A program made the position numbers and the translations under genes. Source: Eledone cirrhosa (lineage: Eukaryota). Taken from it: a stretch of DNA of 64,000 nucleotides. This document shows positions 20,896 to 34,245 of the stretch, one piece after another (within the stretch, counting starts at the first letter, position 1; each line of letters starts with the position of its first letter). The notes beneath the pieces are model-generated. The model searched no databases. It was not told the DNA's origin and was given only the letters and a program-made list of their open reading frames with translations. The stretch is from contig OZ024740.1 of assembly GCA_964016885.1 (NCBI GenBank), positions 114,328,001 to 114,392,000 of the forward strand, read 5' to 3'.

Positions 20896-22110
20896 CTGTG
20901 TGTGTGTGGGGGGGGGGGGGGGTATGTGTGTGTGTATTTATTTATTTACACAATAAACAATCACACGCACATATATATAAATATATATGTAATTGTGTCT
21001 CTATATATATAGAATTAGATGCTTTCACTGTACAATGATGACAGAAAATAGTCTAATATTAGGGAATACGAACCTCCAATGGGCATTAACATGTAACGGA
21101 ATCGAACCCACACAACTTATTTTAGCGATAAATGTGCTAAATTGATTACAACAAGATGTCCACCTTATTTTCTCATTTTAAATTTAGAAGCTATACGTCA
21201 TTAACGGTAAAGTTCGATTCCCTTGTGTGCTAATGACCATTTATTCCGTTATGAGGGTACATATTTTACTATTTACTTTACTCAATATTCGGTGAAAGAT
21301 TCTAATTCTATTTTCAAAATTTTCAATCGCCATCGCATTCTAGTTCACAAATATATATAAAAGCACGCCCGATCTTCGTGAATAGTAGAACAGAAATTCC
21401 TGTCGATGTAGATATTGTCAAGAACTTACTCGATTATATTTTATTGCATTCAATTGCTAATATCATGAGGAATGTTAGCAAATATATGAAGCGCAGATAT
21501 TCATTATCATCTTTACTGATAGATTTTTTAATACCCGATACTCACAATTAGCAAATGTTATATTCTTTGGGGATGGCTAGTTCAAGTAATTTAATTAGAA
21601 AAGACTCTTCTCTCATTCTCAAGAGTTTTCCTCCAGATTATTATTGTTGATGTTGCTGATGATATTGCTGTTGTTAATTAGGATATTAATATTTAAGCTA
21701 AATTATATGGTATCACTCTTTTGTTATGATATTTTCGATATATACTACGGCGATTCTGTTCTTTTCTTATGATTAATCAATACCGTAAGCCATAACTATT
21801 TTTTTTTATATTTAAATTATATGATATATTTTTATCATTCTGTTTTATTATTTCAGATTCATCACATGACATCGCTATTCTATCTTCATATAAGCGGTTT
21901 GTCATGTAGTATGCCCATTTTGTTTCAATATTTAAGACATGTCTTTATTATATTCCATATATGTTTTAATATCGATGTACGCTCTTTCGGAAACACACCC
22001 GAAAAAAGGGGTGTAGTAGAACGTGGATCCTATAAATATATCACCCCAATCCTTTTATGATTTACAAACTTATAGGAGGCCGGGTAAGATAGGCTTCTGT
22101 GAAGAAGAAG

Positions 22111-22292
22111 AATTGTTTCTATTTTCGGCACAAGGCCAGCAATTATCCCAGTGCATTACTGGGACTTTATTCAATCAACCCCGTAGTGATGAAAAGCAAA
22201 GTTAACCTCGGCAGGATTTGAACTCAGACCGTAAAGGGACGTAATTCTATGCTGCATAACATGGCGTCCGACTCTCTACCGATACTGCCAAT
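22111..22292 (-). mobile_element. tRNA-derived SINE
   Basis: Reverse complement of the family consensus. Confidence 0.88.
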
Positions 22293-23184
22293 GCGGTGTA
22301 GAAGCATTCAAACAGATCTCTGGTGTGATAATTACATTAAGGCCTGAACAAATTTGTGTTGACACTTCACCATTGTTGTCTATCGAGAAATCTCAGGTGC
22401 AGAATATTTTGATATTTTATCTGTAGATAATTGCGTCTTTAATAGATAAGGAAATTAATTTGTGGAACTGAAACTCTTATATTCACTTCTTATGAGTATA
22501 AGCTATCGAGATAATTCATATTAATGATTATTTTTCTCAAAGTAAACAGAAAAAGATGTTATATAGGAAGAACATTTGAAATGTTTTGTCTTATAAAATA
22601 TCAACTTAGGATGAACAGAAAATATAATTTTAGTTCTTGAAAACATTCAACAAACGTAAATGTTTGCACCTGATGTATGGAGTTTTAAGAATGTAGACGC
22701 ACTAGCATATGCAACGTTTATTGACATACTAATATCTCTTACTGCTATTTATACCCGTATTAGAAGCATCTCCTTCATTTAGTTTACCCGTTTCAAAAAG
22801 AAATCATGCAAATATGACATTTGAAAGTAGTCTTCCCAATTATTAAATTTAACGTATATATATATATGTATTAATAATGTCTATAACATTCAGTATCTCA
22901 CATCAATGAAATTCATATTAAATTTAAAAATTTTATTCATCAACAGAATATAGGCAAAATTGAAATAGTTACTAAGCTACGGAAAAAGACAATTTATGAA
23001 ATGTACAATACTTGACCGAACAGATCTTGTTGATATAGAGTTTTATGAAGATACATCTATGGATATATATATAAATATATTTCTGGAATTAGCAGGTTAG
23101 ATGTTTTTTTGAAAGAGCAAAGTCGGATAAATCGACCTCAGTGATTCACTAATACTTTATTTTATCCACCCAATTATTATTTAT

Positions 23185-23520
23185 AATTGTTTCTACTTTT
23201 GGCACAAGGCCAGCAAATACCCAGTGCCTTACTGGTACTTTATTTTATCGACCCCGTAAGGATGAAAGGCAAAGTTAACCTCCGCGGGATTTGAACTCAG
23301 AATAGCAAGAGCCGTAACTCTATGTGTGAAAGCATGGCGTACGACCCACTACCGGACTGCCAATCCACCGTATAATAATAATGGTTTCTTATAAAGGCAC
23401 AAGGCCAGCAATTCTGGGGGAGGGGAAAGTCAATTAAATCGACCCCAGTGTGTGACTGGTAATTTAATTTATCGACCCCGTAAGGAGGAAAGGCAAAGTT
23501 AACCTCGGCGGGATTTGAAA
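23185..23520 (-). mobile_element. SINE dimer (one copy 5'-truncated)
   Basis: Reverse complement of the family consensus, twice. Confidence 0.88.
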
Positions 23521-23694
23521 ATAATAATGTCTTTATTGACCTGTAAGAAGAAGAATAGACACATAAATCCACATATATACATATATACGTACGTAAATAC
23601 ATACATACATATTTATATATATATACACACACACACACTTCCTGATAATTTCTCCCGAATGAACAGTTCTACTCCTGTAGAAGCCATTTCTCTC

Positions 23695-23763
<69 letters not shown>

Positions 23764-23817
23764 TATATATAGAAATGGCTTCTACAGGGTAACCACAGTA
23801 AGTATTTCTATATATAT

Positions 23818-24395
23818 ATAGAAATTTCGCATTTCTAAAGAAACACGGTGTGTATACAAGAAATATTTAGGAAGCCGTAGCTATGCAAACACCGGAGCTA
23901 ACGCCTTTGGTGGTGTTTAACAGAAGTAAGGGGGACAACCGTCTATGCATTTCAGGCTTGACTGGCTTTCAGCAGGACGGTCCCTCCCACCGCTTTCAAC
24001 TGCTGGATTTGAGAATAATTGAGAATATATAGTTTTCTTGTCTGTGTAAATGAGGTGATTAATCTCATTTGTATATGAAGCTGCATAAGTTGGGACAAAT
24101 TATAATAGAATAGAAATAGGATTTCGCTTCAAGCATAGCTTCATATGCAAATGAGATTAATCCCCTCATTTACACAGACGAGAAAACTATATATTCTCGA
24201 CTGTTCTCAAGGCCAGTCGAGCCTGAAATGCATAGACAGTTGTACCCCTTGATTCTGCTGGCCACCACCAGAGGGCGTTAGCTCCAGTGTTTCCATAGCT
24301 ACGGCTTCCTAAATGTTTCTTGTAAACATACCATGTATCTTTAGAAATGCAAAATTTCTATACATATTTGTATAAAGCTTTGCTTGAAGCGACAT

Positions 24396-24400
<5 letters not shown>
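23818..24400. mobile_element. Two inverted copies of a ~300-bp non-coding HHR-bearing element
   Basis: 23818-24082 is the reverse complement of about 24137-24362; minimal HHR on the minus strand at 23939-23980; diverged relative at about 18135-18295. Confidence 0.8.
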
Positions 24401-24438
<38 letters not shown>

Positions 24439-24443
<5 letters not shown>

Positions 24444-25995
24444 CGAAACATAAGTCAATTGCATGAACTCATAATCCTTTATTTACTGCTATATATATTT
24501 CAATGATAGCCATTGAATGGCTATGACCTCATCAGGCAGTTAGTCGGTTCTTAGATATGCCAGCTCTGTGTTTATAGTGTTGATGTAGTCTACTTTAAAT
24601 CCTACCTAGCTAAAGAAGAGCCTCTTCATATTTTCGACCATTGTGGTGCCGTGGTCCACTACGGTGAAGCGTGCGTCGTCTCGGTACAGCTCCCCACCCA
24701 GGTTGGGTATTTCTCTCCTGATCTCGTAGTGTATGTATATCCCAACCGAGTCCGTTAGCTGCGCGGAGTCACTGGAGCCCATTGTAATGGCTAGTCGCTC
24801 AGGGTCCATATGTCCCCACCGAATCGGATCAGGGTCTTTCTGGCGGCGTGTATGATTCGGACCTTGTCGCGTGTTAGGTCTGTCCTATTCATCGCGAATA
24901 TGAGTGCCTTGTTCAGGACTGTGGGCGAGATAGAGGAGTAATAATTGTTGATGTCTAGTTGTATGAAGCTAGTCCTATGTTTGTCAGGTAAAAATGTAAA
25001 CCAGTCCAGCACCTGGCTGGTTCAGGACCAGAGTTATAACCTTATTTTACTCTTAAGTGTGGGCAGGATCCTATATAAAATGCTTTTGTTAATAACCCCC
25101 ATGTCTGACCGGGAGGGGGCTATCAGTCTGACCGGCAGGTTAGACTCGAAGTTTGGTTTGTGGTTCTTAATGATAATCCTCGGCTCCCTTAGTTGGTATG
25201 GGGCCGTCCTATCATCTATGCCAAGAGCAGATACGATCTCATAAGCCTTGATGTTGATATCCTCCAGGGTAGCCTCGGGCGTTTTTTTTTGTAGCTTTTT
25301 CTCAATTCCCTGAGGATTAGCTCATGGTAAAGTTGAACGTCCATGCTGTAATGGTTGTTGGTTTTGTCGGCAAGGACGAGTATTCCTGTAAAATCCTTAA
25401 GCTCAGTAATTCCATTTTCCAGTCTTCTAAGGTACTCCCGACGCCGGTATGGTTGGTCGGAAAATTTGATGTTGGAAATGATGCCAATCATATCGTTCTC
25501 GAACTCTTCCAAAAGTCTGTTGTGGGGGGGTTCTTCTTGATCTGAAGAGGCACTCCATGGTTTTTTTTGTTATTAATATTGGGGTTTCCTCTATCAAAAT
25601 GGTAAGCCCTCCACCTCATCCTGCGTATTAGGGAGTCAGTACTCTTAGTGAGATTCCTGGTGTATTCTCTTTTACCCGGTAATGGGATGTCCTTCAGTGA
25701 TGCCAGAGTGGTGATTTTATTCATATTGGCTGCGGTCCGCTACTGTATGAAGCGCTCAACAGGGTGTGGAGCATGTGGTACGCCAGAAAGTAAGTGTTTG
25801 TAAAATCCAATACTTCAGTATCCGGATAGGGAGCACTCAACGAAGATATAAGTTCCGGAGTTATAATAGTGACGAAACATCATTCTTTATTTACTGCTAT
25901 ATATATTTCGATGATAGTCATTAAATGGCTATGGCCTGATCAGGCAGTTAGTCGGTTCTTAGATATGCCAGCTCTGTGTTTATAGTGTTGATGGT
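24439..25995 (-). mobile_element. Hydra-like PLE family D: pLTR, 5' UTR, N-terminus/RT ORF (25724 to about 24590, frameshifted), pLTR; EN missing
   Basis: SLKDIPLP..LIRRMRWRAYHF, ADKTNN, FIQLDINNYYSSIS, ITMGSSDSAQLTDSVG, YRDD; direct repeats at about 24439-24585 and 25868-25993. Confidence 0.85.
24485..24540 (-). ncRNA. Type I hammerhead ribozyme (family D pLTR)
   Basis: Minus strand reads ACTGC-CTGATGA-ggtcATAGCCATtcaATGGCTATcatt-GAAA-TATATA-TA-GCAGT. The second copy (about 25893-25948) has the core mutated to CTGATCA. Confidence 0.8.
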
Positions 25996-26321
25996 ATCAG
26001 AGCCTGGGACATATGAGCTTGTTAGGAATAATTTAATGTTGTCAGCAGGAATAGTCTTAATTCTTATTGGTCAGTTTGTAGATGCTAGTAGGGTTGGTAT
26101 TTGACCTCAAAGAGGCAGGTGGTGTTGTAAAGTTAAAACCGTCAGGCAAGTTGACAATAGTTCCATATGAGTGATTTTCATAAAAAGCATTCCTGGTCAG
26201 ATATATATTCAATTCAGGTTAATAGTATGAAATAGATACTACAGGTCATTCTTAAATTGAGGAATTTCTGTGGAGTGGTGCTACTGAAAATTATGGTTAG
26301 AGTAGAAAAAATATATATATT

Positions 26322-27609
26322 TGATAAACAATCTTCAACTTCTCTTTCAAACCTGATATGGAACTTAAAATGCAAGAATATGGACTATTCATTAACTTGG
26401 GAAATAGTGTCATAAGCACCCACGTACCAGTACACAGCTTTATCTAGATTCTGCAAATTGTGTGTTGAGGAAATTTGTTTCATACTTAAATGTAACAACA
26501 CTATTAATCTAAGAACGAATTTATTTAATTCTTGTAGACATCGCCTGAATTCGAACATTCAGAACTATATATACATTACAATTATACTTATAATATTTCT
26601 ACTTATTTTCATAACAATCTTATCCACTTGGTTTTAATATATTGATATCTCAAAATCATAATATCTATAACATTTGCAATAATTCCACTTCTTAAACTTT
26701 CATCAAATATATACATATATAATTCTAATTTTTTTTAATTTTAATTTTAATTGTAATTTTAATCTTAATCATTTTAAATCTTTATTTTTATTTCTTTAAT
26801 TTTTATTTCTTTAAAAATTACATATCTCTTATAAATTATTATTTTTTTAATTTTCTTAAATATTTTATATGTTTTCAATATTTTTTATTAGATTTATAAC
26901 CACCAATCATCTGGCAGGAAGGTGTACGATGCTGACGATAGCTAATAAGCTTCAAACTAGTACATCGTTCCTTTGTCAGTGTTGAACAAAAGGGCAACGA
27001 TGGTTGCTAAAGACTGTACGGCTTAATTCGGGTTGTTTGTTTACAAACAAACCGAGCATTATAATAAATGCTCGGTAAATCCATACGTACATATATATAT
27101 ATATATATGTGCATGTATGTATATATATACATACTACTGTATGTCTGTATACATATATGTATGTACGTGTACATACTTATATTTAAGTAACAGCCGTACT
27201 AAAAGTGAGAAATGAAATTTCGTTTCATTTTTTCCATTTTTAGTTTTCGGTGCGCCCGGCCGATTAACTCACTCGGTATGCAAATTAGGCTGCTCAACCG
27301 TTAATATGCATAAGGAAAGTATATACTTTCAGACGTTCAATCATCTGGCAGGAAAGTATACGGTGCTGACGATAGCTAATAAGCTTGAAACTAGTACATC
27401 GTTCCTTTGTCAGTGTTGAACAAAAGGGCAACGATGGTTGCTAAACACTGTACAGCTTAATTCGGGATGTTTGTTTACAAAAAACCGGGCATTATAATGA
27501 ATGCTCGGTAAATCCATACATACATGTATATATGTGTGCATGTATGATGTATGTATATATATACATACTACCGTACGTCTGTATACATATATGTATGTAC
27601 GTGTACATA

Positions 27610-27612
<3 letters not shown>
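26322..27612 (+). mobile_element. Hydra-like PLE 3' fragment (EN C-terminus, 3' UTR, two tandem pLTRs)
   Basis: Translation STSLSNLIWNLK..YSLTWEIV..CKLCVEE..NLRTNLFNSCRH; direct repeats at about 26905-27190 and 27338-27612. Confidence 0.8.
27361..27401 (+). ncRNA. Minimal type I hammerhead ribozyme, canonical core
   Basis: CGGTG-CTGACGA-tAGCtaataaGCTt-GAAA-CTAG-TA-CATCG. The upstream copy at 26927-26967 has CAAA for GAAA. Confidence 0.85.
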
Positions 27613-27688
<76 letters not shown>

Positions 27689-27691
27689 ATA

Positions 27692-28020
27692 TTCGTTTTG
27701 CAAGGTTTTTTATATGAAATCGTATGTTAAAACAAACATTGTTATATTTGGGGAGGGTCATATTGTTATAATATAGCCAGAAATAATAACAGAACACACT
27801 CACTGTTTGTTTGGGGTTGGTTATCGCTTCTGTATATTTCATATCTCCATAATTAATTTATCTGGCAAACAATGATAAACATTGATTGCCAGATGATTTA
27901 ACTGTGGAGATATAAAATGCACAAAAGCGATAACCAACACAAACCAACAGTGAGTGTGTTCTGTTATTATTTGTGGCTATATTATAACAATATGACCCTC
28001 CCCAAATATAACGATATAGA
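27692..28020. mobile_element. ORF-less inverted pLTR pair related to the Nematis-like PLE
   Basis: TTGGGGAGGGTCATATTG...ACAGAACACACTCACTG and its reverse complement; tail similar to 63240-63293. Confidence 0.7.
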
Positions 28021-28260
28021 TACAGATATATTAAAATTAGGAAAATTAACAAAAAAATAAATAAAACGAAACGCACAGAAATCCAACCCATCGAGATAAC
28101 CTTTGTTAGTTTCGACCCCTACTGACGGTACAGCTGGTTCACCCGGGTGCACAGCGTCTAACACAATCCAAAGGAAACAAATTGTAATATGCTGCAATTC
28201 TTATTTTCACTTTACACACAGACACAGACAGACAGACACAGACAGACAGGCAAACACACA

Positions 28261-28368
<108 letters not shown>

Positions 28369-28420
28369 AATATTCGTATACACACACACACACGCATACA
28401 TATATAAATATATATATATA

Positions 28421-31170
28421 TAGGAAAAAGTATTACCCCGACGACAGAGCTCAAGCCGTTTCGACGGCTATTTCTGGACTAAATTAGTATGTTTAGCCTG
28501 GTGAAAAAATAGCCGAACTTGGCAAGGGGGTACTTCCTTATATGGGAAGATTGTAGTTGTCAAGAGGATTGGTTAAAAATTTTTGTAAACACAAATATGT
28601 CTATCATGGCATTTGGTGGGATGTAGGGGTGGCTGAACTCGCCTGTCGAACAATAGGGGAGCGAGTGGAACGGTCAAGCGTTGAAAGTGATATGTATACA
28701 GCAGATTCTAAGGATAGTGTATGAAGTGGAGGATGGAGGTTATAGAATAGGTAAATCGAATGAGAGTAGGAGATAATAAAAGATAATAGAAAGAAATTTA
28801 AAAAATATATAAAATTAGATAGTGAGAAATTAATTTAAAAAAATCATTATGCTATCTTACAATTTCAGGTTAATAAGTTGAGAATAGAAAAAACTTGTAG
28901 AAATTGAATAGCACCAAAACTGATACGAAATTAAAGGGGTTTAACACGTCTGCTATAAGTAGTTTATAAAACGTATTCGGCCAATTCTATCTTAAAATTA
29001 CAGGGGTGGGGAACTGATGCTACAGAGGCCCGATGGGCTGCATCCGGGTAGGCGAAAGGGGAAAAGCAGACGAGGAAGAAAATAGGGGTGGAAGGAAGTG
29101 ATAGGATGAGACAGGGGGAAGAAGAAGACAAAGAGGAAAAGAAAAGAGATACATCTACCTATGTAAGCTGGGGATTCCCCTAACTTATTCGTCAAGTGAG
29201 GGGGTGGTATCAGCCCTTGCATACCCACCCGGGTCGTTTTGGGGTTTGAGGGCGAGGTAGGTCCCTCGCAATCTGAGCTTGCATGCTTACCAGTTCGTCT
29301 TTCTTGTTTAGGAGTTGGTCCTTCAAAAACAGCATTTGTAATGATTCCTCCGAGCATAAGTTACACGGACGGCGTCCTCCCGTGTAAGAGTTAGCTCTGG
29401 ACAGTAAGCTCCAAGTGAGATTGTAGGTTATATTATTATCTTGGAGGTCCCAGATATGTCCTGAAAGTGTAGTGGCATGTCGCCGGGCCGGGTTTCGGAA
29501 AGTATTTCGGTGTTGGTGGAGCCGGGTCTTGAAGTCACACCCGGTTAATCCTATATAAGCTTTGTTGGAGGTGTCCGTCCTCACCTTGCACTGGTAGATC
29601 ACGTTACGTTCTCGGCATTTCTTGTTGAGGGGCACGTAAATCTATCAGGGCAGTTACACCTCCTGGTCGGCTCTCCACTGATGTCTAGGTTATTTCTTCC
29701 ATAGGGGTTGAGTTTTTTGTTGTTTGAGGAGACGATATTTTGTGCGAGGTTAGGTGTGGTGCTGTAGGAGAGTTTGGTGGTGTTTTTGTTGATTATGTTG
29801 TGGTAGCGGTGGAGTAGTGGGAAGTGTTTTTCGAGGAGTCTAAAGAAGATTTTCCCGATAGGTGTTGCCACCTCGGCATTATGTGGAGGATTGAACCACG
29901 TTACGTTGCGTGAGCGGCGGTGTCGCCTGCTGGTTCCGCTAAGGGAAGCTGGATAAAAGGATATTTCCTCCCGGAAGCCACTCCGCTTGAGGGCCTGGTT
30001 GTAATGAGGCGCGTGTTCGTCGAATATCTGCTCATTAGCGGACAAACGAGATATGCGAAGGCAGATGTTTTTAACCAGGTTATTGGTGGTGTTTCTAGGA
30101 TGGTTATAGCGGCGCTAGATGTAGTGCATGTTGTCGTTTGGTTTTCTGTATGGGTAGTACAGATCACTTTTGAGGTTAAGGGTAAGGTCCAGAAAATTGA
30201 CTCGTGTTAGGGACGATTGTAGGGTGATTTTAAATCCCCAGTCCCGGAAGAAGTTGATTAGTTGTTTACGGACCCGGTCTGTACTACTGGTTTGTACCCT
30301 TTGAGCGTGAGGAGCCCATCATCCCGGTACAATACACGGCCGAATGCAGGAAACATTTCGGTGAGTTTAAATAGTAGGAATAATCCTAAAAGATCTGTGA
30401 CCTCGACTGAATCCGCCGTGCTCATACTGACGTCGAAGGGGGAGTAAGGAGCTCTCTTTATCCACTTGGAGTTGTCGAAAAGTAAGACTGTCTTCCTGGC
30501 GTGGAGAATGATATTTCTTTCCTGGTCAGTGATGGGTGTGAGTGTTTCGGCAAAGTCCAAGGCGGCCGTAAGGAGCGGTAATGTAATAGATGCATAGTAA
30601 CTCTCTATATCAAACTGGATGAATGTTGTGTCTCATTTGTCCTCCATATTACTGAACCATGAGATTACATCCTGGGTGCTGACCCATTTCTCACTATCTA
30701 ATTATATATATATTTTTTCTTTCTATTATCTTTTATTGTCTCCTACTCTCATTCGATTTACCTATTCTATAACCCCCATCCTCCACTTCATATACTATTC
30801 TTAGAATCTGCTGTATACATATCATTTTCAACGCTTGACCGTTCCACTCGCTCCCCTATTGTTCTACAGGCGAGTTCAGCCACCCCTACAACCCACCAAA
30901 TGCCATGATAGACTTATTTGTGTTTACAAAAAATGTTAACCAATCCTCTTGACAACTACAATCTTCCCATATAAGGAAGTACCCCCTTAACAAGTTCAAC
31001 TATTTATTCACCAGGCTAACAATTCTAATTTAGTCCAGAAATAGCCGTCGAAACGGCTTGAGCTCTGCCGTCGGGGTCATACTTTATCCTATTTCCCACT
31101 CTACTACCCTAAGTATTGAGTACTCTGGTGCGTTATGGACATCTGGTTCCTTACCACATTTCCTTTGTTA
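28421..31170 (-). mobile_element. Hydra-like PLE family C, 5'-truncated (RT plus EN, about 30688 to 29230) with inverted 3' arm 30686-31170
   Basis: FDVSM..DSVEVTDLLGLFLL, YRDDGL, WFNPP, CNC...CPLNKKC..NVIYQC, YIGLT, CNLCSEE. Arm 28421-28830 is the reverse complement of 30686-31092. Confidence 0.9.
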
Positions 31171-31194
31171 TATATATATATATATATATAAACG

Positions 31195-32127
<933 letters not shown>

Positions 32128-32540
32128 GTATATATATATTTGATATAGAAAGGGCTTCTACAGGACAAGAACTGTTTCATTCGAAAGAAGTCCGACTATT
32201 AGTATGAGATGGTGGTAATTATACGTTTTCTGTTTGTAAGGCAAAGTGGTGCTTGGGATTGGTGGAGGTCATTGGATGATGGATTTAAAGAATGACGATT
32301 CTTTGAAAAAACTATATTTGGAGAAAAATTCAAATTGATACAGAATGATACAAATGCAGATACACCTAATTTTCAAGGTTCATTTATTCTGAGAAAAAGA
32401 GTGTTTTCATTAAGTGGTTGTAAGGTAAAGGATGGTGAAGTCTGCAAGACTGCAAGTCTGACAGGTGTTTACAATCACACAGACACAGACTCATACACGC
32501 ACACATATATTTTATATATATATCTATATCTATATATATA

Positions 32541-32573
<33 letters not shown>

Positions 32574-32575
<2 letters not shown>

Positions 32576-32778
32576 CGAAGGAAATGTGGTAAGGAACCAG
32601 GTGGAACATAACGCACCAAAGTACTCAATACTTAGGGTAGTAGAGTGGGTAATAGGAACGAGTAGGACCCCGCGGGCTGAGCTCAAGCCGTTTCGACAGC
32701 TAATTCTGGACGGCTAATTCAGTCCAGAATTAGCCGTCGAGACGGCTTGAGCTCACCCGTCGGTGTCCTACTGGTTCT
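32574..32778. mobile_element. ORF-less palindromic mini-derivative of PLE family C termini
   Basis: Tail plus GAGCTCAAGCCGTTTCGAC and its reverse complement; in (TA)n. Confidence 0.75.
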
Positions 32779-32799
32779 TATATATATATATATATAGTA

Positions 32800-32993
32800 A
32801 TAATTGTTTCTAGTTTTGGCACAAGGCCAGCAATTATCCCAGTGTATTACTGGTACTTTATTTTATCGACCTCGTAAGGATGAAAGGCAAAGTTAACCTC
32901 GGCGGGATTTGAACGCAGATCATAAAGGGCCGTAACTCTATGCGTCAAAGAATGGCGTCCGACCCTCTACCGAGACTGCCAATCCATCGCCCT
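32800..32993 (-). mobile_element. tRNA-derived SINE
   Basis: Reverse complement of the family consensus. Confidence 0.9.
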
Positions 32994-33065
32994 CTTAATA
33001 ATAATATATATGAAGACTAAAGTCCGAAGATAGTTCGATAAGGATAATATATATATATAAATATA

Positions 33066-33102
<37 letters not shown>

Positions 33103-33185
33103 CGAATTACATATATGTATATATACACACACACGCATATATATATACACCCATACACACACTAACAGACACATACATATACACG

Positions 33186-33227
<42 letters not shown>

Positions 33228-33385
33228 TGTATTCTATACATAGGTGGCATTTCATGACAATCAATATTGTTAGATCCAGTCTGCCACTGTATATATGCAT
33301 ATATATATATATCTATATCTATATATATATATGTGTGTGTGCGTGTGCGTATGTGTGTGTGCATTTGTGTGTGTGTGTGTGCATT

Positions 33386-33433
<48 letters not shown>

Positions 33434-33628
33434 TAGATATAGATATATATGTATACATATATAGATATAGATATATACATATATCCACATTCTTCTATAG
33501 AATATGTATTTGGTATATATACACAATATACCGTGTATTTTGTACAATATATGGATCCTTTCCTCTCAACATAAACATATGGATGTAAAGAAATATATAC
33601 ATACATATACAAACATACATATATACAG

Positions 33629-33666
<38 letters not shown>

Positions 33667-33819
33667 AATGCACACACACACAAATGCACACACACATACG
33701 CACACGCACACACACATATATATATATAGATATAGATATATATATATATGCATATATACAGTGGCAGACTGGATCTAACAATATTGATTGTCATGAAATG
33801 CCACCTATGTATAGAATAC
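33228..33819. repeat. Near-perfect inverted repeat, arms about 190-200 bp
   Basis: 33228-33430 versus 33630-33819; the ORF track gives the same peptide on both strands. Confidence 0.9.
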
Positions 33820-34006
33820 TATCATTTAATTATTATAATGAATAAATAACATTTTCAAAAAAGACATAAATGGAAACAAAACAGAGTAATCAAATTTTTG
33901 CGGAAAAATATCTGACCTTCTCCAATAAAAAATATTCTGTATTTTGCGAAATCCATATATATACATGTTGATTTGACAGATGTCATTAACCCATTGACAC
34001 CAAACA

Positions 34007-34194
34007 GGTGGATTGGCAGTATCGGTAAAGAGTCGGACACCATGCTTTGAAGCATAGAGTTACGTCCCTTTATGATCTGCGTTCAAATCCCGCCGAGGTT
34101 AACTTTGCCTTTCATCCTTACGGGGTCGATAAAATAAAGTACCAGTAATGTATTGGTTATTTGCTGGCCTTGTGCCAAAAATTAAAACAATTAT
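34007..34194 (+). mobile_element. tRNA-derived SINE
   Basis: Matches the family consensus. Confidence 0.9.
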
Positions 34195-34245
34195 TTGGTC
34201 AGTAGTTCGTGTGTATATGTAAGTATATATATATATATATATATA

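Noticed and set aside
21040-21280. Imperfect inverted repeat with box B-like GTTCGATTCC
   Set aside because: The arms are too diverged to define boundaries or a family.
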